Origin: Nitrospinales bacterium
GTDB lineage: Bacteria; Nitrospinota; Nitrospinia; Nitrospinales; VA-1
Direction of reading: 5' to 3'
NCBI GenBank assembly: GCA_965223345.1
Contig: CBDCWG010000012.1
Span: forward strand, 384,001-448,000
DNA: 64,000 bases
The position numbers and the translations under genes are program-made. The notes beneath the pieces are model-generated. The model was given only the letters and a program-made list of their open reading frames with translations, was not told the DNA's origin and made no database searches. Below are positions 16,496-25,852 of this stretch, one piece after another. The stretch's first letter is position 1; the number at the start of each line of letters is the position of its first letter.

Positions 16496-19408
16496 ATGGT
16501 CCGTTCCATAGAAACAATCGTCAACGCATTGAAGGATGCGAAATCCAACGGGAAAGGCGGCATCCTTTTGACCGGGGCGGGCTGCTCCGTGGAAGGCGGT
16601 ATTCCCGATTCGGCCGGTTTTGTCAAAAGGATCGAGAAAGAATTCCCGCAGATTTTCTCCAAGGCCAACACCCGGGACTACCACCGTCTGGCAGCCGAAA
16701 GTGCGGGGGAAGATCCGTTCAAGGTGCACGGTCACGATCCCGAGAGCGCGGCGCTGAACTGGGCGCACATCGCCCTGGCTCTGCTCATGAAAGAGAAGTT
16801 CATCGACCGGTTGCTGACGGTGAACTTCGACGCGCTGGCGTTGCGCGCCTGTCACCTGCTGGGCCAGTATCCTCCGGTTTACGATTGTGCGGCGGGCAAA
16901 CCCTCTGTGAACGGTTCGGTGCCCACGGCCAGCCTGTGGCACCTGCACGGGCAGTATCCGGGTGCGGCGAAACTGCACAGCAAGGAAGGCTACAACGCGC
17001 TCTCCCAGTCTCTGGAACCGGTCTTCAAGAATGCCGGCAAGGACCTGCCCTGGATCGTGGTTGGCTACCGCGGCGAAGGCGATCCGGTGTTCGAGCATCT
17101 GAAAAAGATCGAGTATTTCGATAAAGGACTGTTCTGGATCGGCCATGGCGATGCGGAAGCCCCCAAGCACGTGCAGGAAGGACTGCTCAACAGGGACAAA
17201 GGAGCGGTGTACCTGAACGGCCACGATGCGGACAGTTTCCTGGTGGCGCTGTGCCGGGAATTAAAGGTGTTTCCTCCGGAATTCGTCGTCCGGCCCTACA
17301 CGCACCTGCACACGCAGATCAAATCGATCGCTCCCTATCCGGTGCAGGGACCGCACGACCGTATCGATCTGACCAAAACTTTGAGAAGCGAGTTGCAGTT
17401 TTCCATCGCCCGGTTTGAGAGCAAGGACGGCGCGGGCAAAAAAGCGGTGAATCCGCCCGAGGAACAGCGCGACCTGTTCAACAGCATCCTGGCGGCGCAG
17501 GGGCACCTGCTGGCGCAGGAGCCGGATCAGGTGCTGCAATACCGCAGCAAATACGACCGGACGCCTTCGGCGGAACTGGCGGTGCTCTTGTACTGGGCCT
17601 CGATCATGAAAGGCGATCAGCTGCTGCAGGAATCGCAGTCGGTCTCCGACAACAGCAAGGCGCAGGCGCTGCTGAAAGAAGCGGGCGCGGTATACGAAGG
17701 GGCGTCGCAGATCTATCCCGACCAGCACAAGGCCTTCTACCTGTGGGGACGGGTGCTCATGGAACAGGCACGCAAGGAAACCGGCGACAAGGCGGCGAAG
17801 CTGTTCGCCGGGGCGAGCGAGAAATTCCAGGCGGCGGTCAAAATCAATCCCGATCTCTACGCAATCCACGACGCCCTGGGCGCGGCGTTTTTCGAGCTCG
17901 GCGTCCTGACTCCGGACAAGCAGGCCGAAACCCTGTTCGAGATGGCGGTGAAACATTACAAGGCCGCACTCGCGCTCAGGGAAGACCTGCCGGAAACCCT
18001 GTTCGGCCTCGGCAAGGCGATGGTCAACCAGGCGGCGTCGATAAAGGGCGGCCAGGCGGTGCAGGTGTTCGCCCAGGCCATGAAGCAATTCGAAATGGCT
18101 CTCAAGTTCAAGCCCGACCACGGCGAGGCGTTCGTCTGCTGGGGCCATGTGCTGATGACGCTGGCGGAGAACATGGATCACGAGGACGGCGACGCGTTCC
18201 TCGCGCAGGCGCAGGACAAGTTCGCCGCCGCGGTCAAAATCCATCCGGATCATTACCAGGCCTACGCGAGCTGGGGCAAGGTGCTCTGGATCCGCGGCAA
18301 ACGCTCGGGCATGGAGCAGGCGGAAGGGTTCTTCAGCCAGGCCATGGAAAAATTCCAGGCGGCGCTCACGCACAACGACCGGCTCGTGGAAGCGCTGTTC
18401 GTCTGGGGCGAAGTGCTGTTCGCACTGGGCACCCGGACGCGCGGCGAGAAGGGCAACCGCTTTTTGCATCAGGCGGTGGAGAAATACCGGGCCGCTCTGG
18501 AAATCGATCCGGAGCACTGCGACGCGTTGAACGCCTGGGGCAATGCGCTGTTCTTCCTCGCGAAAAACTCCGACGATCACGAAGTGGAGGAGATCTGCTC
18601 GCTGGCGGCGGCGAAATACCAGGAAGTGCTGACGAAATCGCCCAGCCATTCGCAGGCGCTCACCAACTGGGGCAACGTGTTCCTGCATCTCTCGCAGGTG
18701 AAGAAAGCGCAGGAGCAGGCGCTGCTCAACCAGGCTGCCGAGAAATACCGGGCCGCTCTGGATGTGGACCCGCAGAACGCGGAAGCGCTCAGCAACTGGG
18801 GTAATGTGCTGTTCCGCCTCGCGCAGCGGAAAGATTTTCCCGACACCAAGAAACTGTACCGCATGGCGGAAGAAAAATACCAGGCCGCCCTCGCGATCAA
18901 CCCGACCTACATGGACGCCTTCAACAACCTGGGCTGGATTCTGACGCACAAGGCCATCAACGGCAACGTGGACGATCCGGAAGCCCTGTTCAACAAGGCC
19001 AGCGAGAACTTCCAGCAGGCGGTGGAGATCAACCCTGACCTGGGTTCCGCCTACATCAACTGGGGCAACGCGCTCATGGAGCAGGCGAAAACCAAGAAGG
19101 GCATCAACGTGCATCCGTTTCTCGCCAACGCGAAAAAGAAACTGCTGCGCGGCGAAGAGCTGGATCCGGGCAGCGGATCGTACCAGCTGGCGCGCCTGAT
19201 GGCGCTTTTGGCCAACGAGACCGGCTGCCGCGAATGGCTGATGAAATCCAAGGAGCAGGGTGTGCTGCCCAACAGCAACATCTGGATCAACGAACCGGAT
19301 TTCGACAGCGTGCGCGAATCGAAATGGTTCAAGAAACTGATGCTGGACGCCATGGCGCAAAAAAGCAAAACCGGACGCCCCGTGGAAGAGCTGGCTTCAA
19401 AAGCATAA
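16496..19408 (+). CDS. SIR2-family domain fused to a long TPR array
   Basis: LLTGAGCS..GIP, LLTVNFD, LWHLHG, IVVGYRG (SIR2 motifs); about 13 TPR-like units (NWGNAL..A.EKYQAAL.I.P); RBS GGAGGAGG before the ATG at 16496. Confidence 0.82.
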   Translation: MVRSIETIVNALKDAKSNGKGGILLTGAGCSVEGGIPDSAGFVKRIEKEFPQIFSKANTRDYHRLAAESAGEDPFKVHGHDPESAALNWAHIALALLMKEKFIDRLLTVNFDALALRACHLLGQYPPVYDCAAGKPSVNGSVPTASLWHLHGQYPGAAKLHSKEGYNALSQSLEPVFKNAGKDLPWIVVGYRGEGDPVFEHLKKIEYFDKGLFWIGHGDAEAPKHVQEGLLNRDKGAVYLNGHDADSFLVALCRELKVFPPEFVVRPYTHLHTQIKSIAPYPVQGPHDRIDLTKTLRSELQFSIARFESKDGAGKKAVNPPEEQRDLFNSILAAQGHLLAQEPDQVLQYRSKYDRTPSAELAVLLYWASIMKGDQLLQESQSVSDNSKAQALLKEAGAVYEGASQIYPDQHKAFYLWGRVLMEQARKETGDKAAKLFAGASEKFQAAVKINPDLYAIHDALGAAFFELGVLTPDKQAETLFEMAVKHYKAALALREDLPETLFGLGKAMVNQAASIKGGQAVQVFAQAMKQFEMALKFKPDHGEAFVCWGHVLMTLAENMDHEDGDAFLAQAQDKFAAAVKIHPDHYQAYASWGKVLWIRGKRSGMEQAEGFFSQAMEKFQAALTHNDRLVEALFVWGEVLFALGTRTRGEKGNRFLHQAVEKYRAALEIDPEHCDALNAWGNALFFLAKNSDDHEVEEICSLAAAKYQEVLTKSPSHSQALTNWGNVFLHLSQVKKAQEQALLNQAAEKYRAALDVDPQNAEALSNWGNVLFRLAQRKDFPDTKKLYRMAEEKYQAALAINPTYMDAFNNLGWILTHKAINGNVDDPEALFNKASENFQQAVEINPDLGSAYINWGNALMEQAKTKKGINVHPFLANAKKKLLRGEELDPGSGSYQLARLMALLANETGCREWLMKSKEQGVLPNSNIWINEPDFDSVRESKWFKKLMLDAMAQKSKTGRPVEELASKA

Positions 19409-19412
19409 AGCT

Positions 19413-19431
19413 CTCCCCCCTTGCGGGGGAG
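19413..19431. terminator. GC-rich hairpin between convergent genes
   Basis: CTCCCCC-cttgc-GGGGGAG just after the SIR2-TPR stop; no clean T tract. Confidence 0.35.
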
Positions 19432-19499
19432 CGCCGCTCGGCTTTCCCCACCCTCTCCGCACCACTCCCAATCCTCAGCTTGAAATAAATTCAAAACGC

Positions 19500-21500
19500 T
19501 CAAACCGCGTCGTCCGCCTCGAGTCGTTGCAGCCGGGTCCTGGCGCTGAGAAAAGCTTTCACTTCCTCAAGATCGTCCACCACCGGGCAGGACGGCAGCG
19601 ACGCGAGAAAGTGCCTGCCGTAACCGCGGTTCACCACGCGCGTGTCGAGGATCGACACGATGCCGGTGTCGGTTTTTTTGCGGATCAGGCGGCCGAACCC
19701 CTGCTTGAGCTGAATGATGGCGCGCGGGATCTGGTAATGGGTGAACGGATCGAGCGAGTTTTTTCTCAGGTCCTCCATGCGGGCTTCGGTGAGCGGTTCG
19801 TTGGGAACGTCGAAGGGCAGCTTGGTGATGATGACGCTGGTGAGCGCGTCTCCGGGAATGTCCACGCCCTGCCAGAACGAGCTGGTGCCGAAGATCACCG
19901 ACGGGATCTCCTTGAAGCGGCGGATCATCTCCGCGGTGGGCAGATCGCCCTGTTTGAGCAGACGGAATTTCTGCCCCAGGTACTCCAGCTTTTCATACAC
20001 CCGGTTGAGCACCGAATAGCTGGTGAACAGGATGAAGGTCTTGCCCCCGGACGCTTCGATGAGTTCACCGGAACGCCGGGCCACCCCCTCCACATAGGTC
20101 TCGATCTTTTCCGTCGGTTCCGGCAGGTCGCGCGGCACGTACACCAGTGCCTGAGTGCTGTAGTCGAACGGCGCGGGCAGCACTTTCTCGTCGGTGGATT
20201 CGCAGCCGATGCGCTCCTTGATGAAATCGAAGCCCTTGTGCGTGGTGAGCGTGGCGGAGGTCAGGATCACGCGTTCGTTTTTTTCGAACACTTCCTGCTG
20301 CAACAGCGGCGCCACGTTGATCGGCACCCCGCGCAGCGACACCCGGGGGTAGCGGCGGCGTTTGGCGATTTCCAGCCAGTAGACAAAATCCTGCAGGTTC
20401 TGGTTGAGCAGCGCGGAGAGGCTGTGGTTGAAATTCAGGCTGCGCTCGGCCGCGGAACCGGCGTCGAGTTTGTCCTCCTCGGTCTGCATGCGGCCTTCCA
20501 GGGTTTTCAACAACTCGTGCAGTCTCTGCATGGGGACGAAGACGTTGTTGTCGAACACCGGCGGCTTGTAGAAACGCAGCACGCGGTCGTCGCGGCCGAA
20601 CTCTTCCAGCAGCCGCGTGAAAAAAACATCGACGGCGGTGCGGGTGAGCGACACCTGCCGTTTGATCTCCGGCACCAGGTCGTGCTCCAGCCGGTTCAGG
20701 ACGCCGCGTTTGGTTCGCGGGTTGTGCAGGCGGTCGAGAAAATAGTACAGCGACGCGTTGGAGATCTCCAGGCCGAGGAACGAGGTGGCCGCGTCCTCGA
20801 CGTTCTGCGCCTCGTCGAACACCACCGCGTCGTAGGCGGGCAGGACGCCGCCGCCGTGGGCGATGTTGGCGAAAAACAGATGGTGGTTGACGATGAGCAG
20901 GTGCGAACGGAACCACTTGCGGCGCTCCTTGAAATAAAAACAGCTGGAAAACGTGGGGCAGTTTTTCCCCATGCACTGGTCCTTCTGCCGCCCCACTTCC
21001 TCCCACACCGAAGGCAGCGCTTCGAACGGCAGCTCGCCGCGCAGCCCGGTCTGCGTTTCCTGCGCCCAGTCGAAAATCGCCTGCATCTGGCCGTCCTCTT
21101 CCGAGCGCGCGAACAGCCCGGTCTGGGCGGCGCGCTGCAGCCGTCTCAAAGAGAGGTAATTTTCATGCCCCAGGCAGAGGGCGTGGTTGAATTCGACCCC
21201 GAGCCGTTCTTTGATAAACGGGATGTCGTGGCTCAGGATCTGTTGCTGCAACGTCTTGGTGTAGGTGGAGACCACGACTTTCTTCTTGTTGCGCACCGCC
21301 CACAGGATGGCGGGAATGAGGTAGGCGAGGCTCTTGCCGGTGCCGGTGCCCGCCTCGACGATGAGGGGATGGCCCTCTTCAAACGCGCGCTCCACCGCTT
21401 CGGCCATTTCCACCTGCGGGGGGCGGTATTCGAAACCGGCCATGCATTGCGACATCAGGCCGTCCTCGTTGAGGATGGACTGCACTTTGGTCAGGGACAT
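19500..21500 (-). CDS. dinG: ATP-dependent DNA helicase, DinG/YoaA family
   Basis: Q motif FEYRPPQ, EAGTGTGKSLAYL, Fe-S cysteines CMGKNCPTFSSC, VFDEAQ, TSATL, FWQGVDIPG, KLPF, QGFGRLIR. Confidence 0.9.
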   Translation of the reverse strand: MSLTKVQSILNEDGLMSQCMAGFEYRPPQVEMAEAVERAFEEGHPLIVEAGTGTGKSLAYLIPAILWAVRNKKKVVVSTYTKTLQQQILSHDIPFIKERLGVEFNHALCLGHENYLSLRRLQRAAQTGLFARSEEDGQMQAIFDWAQETQTGLRGELPFEALPSVWEEVGRQKDQCMGKNCPTFSSCFYFKERRKWFRSHLLIVNHHLFFANIAHGGGVLPAYDAVVFDEAQNVEDAATSFLGLEISNASLYYFLDRLHNPRTKRGVLNRLEHDLVPEIKRQVSLTRTAVDVFFTRLLEEFGRDDRVLRFYKPPVFDNNVFVPMQRLHELLKTLEGRMQTEEDKLDAGSAAERSLNFNHSLSALLNQNLQDFVYWLEIAKRRRYPRVSLRGVPINVAPLLQQEVFEKNERVILTSATLTTHKGFDFIKERIGCESTDEKVLPAPFDYSTQALVYVPRDLPEPTEKIETYVEGVARRSGELIEASGGKTFILFTSYSVLNRVYEKLEYLGQKFRLLKQGDLPTAEMIRRFKEIPSVIFGTSSFWQGVDIPGDALTSVIITKLPFDVPNEPLTEARMEDLRKNSLDPFTHYQIPRAIIQLKQGFGRLIRKKTDTGIVSILDTRVVNRGYGRHFLASLPSCPVVDDLEEVKAFLSARTRLQRLEADDAV

Positions 21501-21692
21501 CGGGTCCTCATTTCAGGGTTGCCCAGGCATTCCGGGACCGCCCGGAACGGCGGTATAATTTAAAAATCAATGCTTTACCCACAGGGTGCATTGTTGACCG
21601 CACCGGCTAAATTTCATAAGATATTTGTGACAGGGGTTGTCCCGAAATATCCGGTGAGCGACCCATTCTACCATTTCCTCTCAGGAGGTCCG

Positions 21693-22379
21693 ATGAGAAC
21701 CCTTGCATTGATCCTGCTCATTTCGTTTTTTTTCCTGCCCCCTGCCCACGCTTCCTCCGATCAGAGAGAAAAACTGCGGGAAGCGGTGATGGTGCTGGAA
21801 GAAATCCAGCGCTCCCCCGATCAGAAAATCCCCACCCGTTTGATGCAAAAAGCCAAGGCGATCATCGTGTTTCCGACCATGCTCAAAGGCGGTTTTATCT
21901 TTGCGGCGCGCTACGGCAAAGGCGTGGCAGTGGTGCGGGACAGCAAAACCGGGAAATGGGGCCCGCCGGCGTTCATCAAAACCATCGGCGGCAGCTGGGG
22001 CTTCCAGATCGGCGGCGAGGCGATCGATCTGGTGCTGCTGGTCATGTCGCAGCGCGGCCTTGAGGGCCTGCTGAACAGCAAGTTCACGCTCGGCGCGGAC
22101 GCTTCGGTCGCGGCGGGACCGGTGGGCCGCCATGCGGAAGCGGGCGCGGACGTGACGCTGAAAGGAGAGATCTATTCCTACTCGCGCAGCAAAGGCGTGT
22201 TCGCCGGCGTTTCGGTGAAGGGGGCTGTGATCAACGAGGACACCGACTCCAACTGGGCCTATTACGACCGGCCGCTGTCTCCGAAAGAGATCCTCATCGA
22301 AGGCCGGGTCAAAAAATATTCCGAGTCCACGCGGCGCTTCATGAGCGAGATGAACCGCATCGCGCCGGTGCGCCGCTGA
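21693..22379 (+). CDS. SYLF/Ysc84 lipid-binding domain protein, secreted
   Basis: RBS AGGAGG; signal peptide ending AHA; GGSWGFQIGGE..DLVL, ASVAAGPVGR, YSYSRSKGVFAGVS. Confidence 0.87.
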   Translation: MRTLALILLISFFFLPPAHASSDQREKLREAVMVLEEIQRSPDQKIPTRLMQKAKAIIVFPTMLKGGFIFAARYGKGVAVVRDSKTGKWGPPAFIKTIGGSWGFQIGGEAIDLVLLVMSQRGLEGLLNSKFTLGADASVAAGPVGRHAEAGADVTLKGEIYSYSRSKGVFAGVSVKGAVINEDTDSNWAYYDRPLSPKEILIEGRVKKYSESTRRFMSEMNRIAPVRR

Positions 22380-22385
22380 TGCGAT

Positions 22386-23579
22386 TCACGCGTCGATGCG
22401 GGCCCGCACTTTGGCGCTCACGGTGTCGAGGACGATGACGACGATGGCGATGGCGAACAGCGCCGTCCCCGCCTGCCGGTACTGCAATAGATTGATCCAC
22501 TGCTGCAGCAGAAACCCGATGCCTCCCCCTCCCACAAACCCGATGATGGTGGACATGCGCACGTTGATGTCCCAGCGGTAAAAACTCAGCGCGAGAAACT
22601 GCGGCGCCACCTGCGGCACCACGGCGTACAGCACGACCTGCGCCGGGGTGGCGCCGGTCGCCTGGATCGCCTCGATGGGGCCGGGGTCGATGCTCTCGAT
22701 CTGCTCGGAAAACAGTTTCCCGAGCGCGGCGATGGAGTGCACGCCCAGCGCCAGCACGCCGGCGAACGGACCGATCCCCACCCACACCGCGAACAGGATC
22801 GCCATGATCAGCGGTTCGATGGAGCGCAGCACGTTGAACACCGTGCGCACGCCGTAATAGACGACGGTGGTGGGGATCCGCCGGGTCATCAGGTTGCGCG
22901 CGCCGAGAAAACTCAAGGGCGCGGCGACGAGCACCGCCAGCGTCGTGGCCATGAGCGCGAGAAACAGCGTCTCGACCATCTTTTCCAGCGTCAGCTTCAA
23001 AGTCGGGCTCACCGACCAGACGCCGGTTTTGCGGGTCAGGACCGCCCGCAGGATCTGCGGGTTGCCGCGCGCCGATTCCGGCACCACCACATCGAGCGCG
23101 AACGCGCCCTCACCACCGGTGGTGAATTTTCCCAGCGGGAACTCCTGCTCGATGGCGTTCACCCAGTACAACACGCCCTGGCTGTCCGGCGGCAGCCGCA
23201 CCCCTTCGACGCGCAACGCATCCCCCACCCTTCCCTCCCGCCTCGAAAGCATCAATGCGGGCGCGGCTGCATCGCTTTTTTCCTGCGGCCGCACGGAGGA
23301 AAAACCGTCCGCCAGGTAAAACCCGGTTTCGACGGTCAGCGTCTCGGTGTCGGGACGCATCAGATCCGGCTGCAGAAGATCGCGGATGAGCGGCTTGACG
23401 AGATGCACGTCGCGCACCAGTTCCCCGATGTCGATCTCGGTGACGCGCCAGCCGTAGCTGTAGACCACGCCGATCAGAAGCGCGAGAAAGAGAATCCGCG
23501 TCCTGGCGTACCAGGGCCGCCGGGTTTCAGGGGCCTCCGGCTTGGCGGACGCGCGGGGTGTGTTTTCAGATTCGGTCAT
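22386..23579 (-). CDS. phnE: Phosphonate ABC transporter permease PhnE with a large extracytoplasmic insertion
   Basis: RSIEPLIMAILF..VGIGPFAGVLAL, GKLFSEQIESID.GPIEAIQATGA, YRWDINVRMSTIIGFVGGGGIG. Confidence 0.82.
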   Translation of the reverse strand: MTESENTPRASAKPEAPETRRPWYARTRILFLALLIGVVYSYGWRVTEIDIGELVRDVHLVKPLIRDLLQPDLMRPDTETLTVETGFYLADGFSSVRPQEKSDAAAPALMLSRREGRVGDALRVEGVRLPPDSQGVLYWVNAIEQEFPLGKFTTGGEGAFALDVVVPESARGNPQILRAVLTRKTGVWSVSPTLKLTLEKMVETLFLALMATTLAVLVAAPLSFLGARNLMTRRIPTTVVYYGVRTVFNVLRSIEPLIMAILFAVWVGIGPFAGVLALGVHSIAALGKLFSEQIESIDPGPIEAIQATGATPAQVVLYAVVPQVAPQFLALSFYRWDINVRMSTIIGFVGGGGIGFLLQQWINLLQYRQAGTALFAIAIVVIVLDTVSAKVRARIDA

Positions 23580-23616
23580 GGCCCTGTCCGGTTTCCGAGC
23601 CGAGTGTGGGGATGGG

Positions 23617-24075
23617 CTAAAGCGTGAGGCCCCGGGCGGTCAATCCCAAAAGCACCAGGCCGGCGAGCAGCACGGTGCCGTTGAGTTTCACGGAAAAAGA
23701 ATGCAGCTTCTGAAATTTTTCCTGCAGGGGTTTCTGGTCCTTTTCCGAAGCCGCGGTTTCGATCTGCTCTTTCAACGCGCGCGCTTTCGGGTGCACGACG
23801 CGCCCGCCGATGAAGGTGGCGGCCATCATCAGGACGATGCAGCCGATTTTCACGGGAGACAGTGTGGGCGCAAAGAGCAGCGTGACCAGGATCAGCACGC
23901 TGCACACGTAGCCGATGCCGTAGTAACGGGGAAACAGCACGCCGATGAGTTCGCCCGCAAGCGGTCGTTCCAGTGTCTTGAACACAGCCGGCGCGGTGAA
24001 AAAGGAAAAGAACACGATGCTGCCGATCCAGAAGACCAGCGCGAAAAGATGCACGAAGGAAATGAAGGTGTTCAT
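23617..24075 (-). CDS. DUF4149/TMEM205-like membrane protein
   Basis: WIGSIVFFSFFTAPAVFKTL...AGELIG.LFPRY, FQKLHSFSVKLN; four transmembrane helices. Confidence 0.75.
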   Translation of the reverse strand: MNTFISFVHLFALVFWIGSIVFFSFFTAPAVFKTLERPLAGELIGVLFPRYYGIGYVCSVLILVTLLFAPTLSPVKIGCIVLMMAATFIGGRVVHPKARALKEQIETAASEKDQKPLQEKFQKLHSFSVKLNGTVLLAGLVLLGLTARGLTL

Positions 24076-24118
24076 GAAATGCCTGCCTTTGAATTTCTCT
24101 GCTTTTTCCGATTCGGTT

Positions 24119-24844
24119 TCAGGTTTTGTCCGTCAACGCCTGTGCGATCTCGGCCACGATCTTCTCAGCCGCTCCTCTCGGATCGTCCGCATCGCGTATG
24201 GGACGGCCGACGACGATCAGGTCGGCCCCGTCAACGATGGCCTGACCGGGTGTGACGATGCGGCTTTGATCGTCGTTTGCGGAAGCGCTCCAGGCGGGCC
24301 GGATTCCGGGGACCACCACTTTGAAACCGCCGCCCGCCTGCTGCCGCACCGCTTTCGCTTCCAGGCCGGAACACACGCAACCGGCGCACCCCGCCTCCTG
24401 CGCCCAGCGGGTGCGATGCAAAACCAGCTCTTTAAGCGTGGCGTTGTTGCCGTAACCCAAATCGGCGAGGTTCGCCTCCGCCTGACTGGTGAGAACGGAC
24501 ACGGCCAGCACCTCCAGACCGGGATCGCATTCTTTCAAAGCAGCCTGCAAGGCATCGGCGCCTTCCGAGGCGTGCACGGTGACGTAGCGCGCGCCCAGCG
24601 ACGCTGCGGAACGCAGCGCGCCCCGCATCGTTGCGGGGATGTCGTGCAGCTTGAGATCGAGAAAGATGTCTGCCGTGGAGTTATTCCGAACGATGCGGAG
24701 GATATCCGGCCCTTCGCGCACGAACAGTTCGAGCCCGACCTTGAAGCAGCCGACGCTGCCTTCCAGTTGGCGGACGAGACTCAACGCCGCCTGCTTGTCG
24801 GGAACGTCGAGGGCAAAGGCGAGCTTTGTTTTAGCTTGGTTCAT
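24119..24844 (-). CDS. pyrF: Orotidine-5'-phosphate decarboxylase
   Basis: FALD, FKVGLELF, FLDLKLHDIPAT, VPGIRP, DDQSRIVTP, IVVGRPI; start at the ATG at 24844. Confidence 0.95.
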   Translation of the reverse strand: MNQAKTKLAFALDVPDKQAALSLVRQLEGSVGCFKVGLELFVREGPDILRIVRNNSTADIFLDLKLHDIPATMRGALRSAASLGARYVTVHASEGADALQAALKECDPGLEVLAVSVLTSQAEANLADLGYGNNATLKELVLHRTRWAQEAGCAGCVCSGLEAKAVRQQAGGGFKVVVPGIRPAWSASANDDQSRIVTPGQAIVDGADLIVVGRPIRDADDPRGAAEKIVAEIAQALTDKT

Positions 24845-25755
24845 TTTGCAGGGTTGCTCCGGGAAGTGCCTTTGAGGGTGTTCAGGTTGTGCCGCACCGC
24901 CTTGAGGCCGGGATCGATCGCCAGGGCTTTTTCGTAAGCGGCGCGCGCCGCTTCGCGGTTGCCGAGTTTCTGGTGGCACACGCCCAGATTGGCGTGCGCC
25001 TGGGCGAAATCGGGATACAGGGCCAGCGCTTTTTCGAACGCCGCGACGGCGTTTTCGCATTGGCCCGTATGGGCGTATGCGGTTCCGAGATTGTAATGCG
25101 TCTCCGCGAGATGCGGCCTCAATGTTGCCGCCTGGGTGAGAGGGACGATCGCTTCCCGGTGCCGGTTCAGGGAGAGCAGGACCTCGCCCAGCTTCTGATG
25201 ACTGACCGCGTCGGTGCGGTCCAGATCCACCGCGAACTGCAACTCGGGCGCCGCTTGTTCGAGCTTTCCGATGCGCTGGTAGACGGAGCCCAGCAATGCA
25301 TGATAGCGGGCTTCGGCGGGCTTTTTTTTGACGAGCACCTGCAGGTGATCGAGCAGGTTTTCCAGGCGGCCGGTGTTTTCATACACCATGACGAGGTTGG
25401 CCCGGGCTTCGATCAATTCGGGATCGAGCGCGAGGGCTTTTTCGCAGTGTTCCTCCGCCTTGTCGAACTGCCGCAGACTGGCGTGCACGAGCCCAAGATA
25501 ATGGTGCGCGTCGGCGTCCGATGCGTTCAGCCGGATCGATTCGGTGAGCGGCGCCACGGCGGCTTCGTATTCGCCGCCCCGCGCCAGCGCCACCCCCAGA
25601 TCGTAGTGCGCTTCGGGGTCTTCGGGCCGCTCCAGAACCTGCTGGCGATAGAAAGCGATGTCGTTTCTTGCCGGTGCCGTGCCCTGCGGTTCTGAGTTGG
25701 CTTCTCCGGTTCCCAGAACCAGCAGGAGAGGGAGCACGAGGGAAACGTTGCGCAT
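24841..25755 (-). CDS. Secreted tetratricopeptide repeat protein
   Basis: Signal peptide MRNVSLVLPLLLVLG; 34-aa TPRs (PEAHYDLGVAL, AETHYNLGTAY, AQAHANLGVC). Confidence 0.8.
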   Translation of the reverse strand: MRNVSLVLPLLLVLGTGEANSEPQGTAPARNDIAFYRQQVLERPEDPEAHYDLGVALARGGEYEAAVAPLTESIRLNASDADAHHYLGLVHASLRQFDKAEEHCEKALALDPELIEARANLVMVYENTGRLENLLDHLQVLVKKKPAEARYHALLGSVYQRIGKLEQAAPELQFAVDLDRTDAVSHQKLGEVLLSLNRHREAIVPLTQAATLRPHLAETHYNLGTAYAHTGQCENAVAAFEKALALYPDFAQAHANLGVCHQKLGNREAARAAYEKALAIDPGLKAVRHNLNTLKGTSRSNPAK

Positions 25756-25852
25756 GGGTTCTCCCTTCGGGTTGGTGCGCCTGTGCGGCTCAATAGTAAG
25801 ACGGAACGCGCTTTTTGTAAAGCTGGCCGCCGTTCGCGACGGCGATACGACA

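Noticed and set aside
16496..21500. SIR2-TPR plus DinG as a two-gene defence system
   Set aside because: The genes are convergent with a hairpin between them, and DinG looks like an ordinary housekeeping YoaA/DinG; there is no evidence of coupling.
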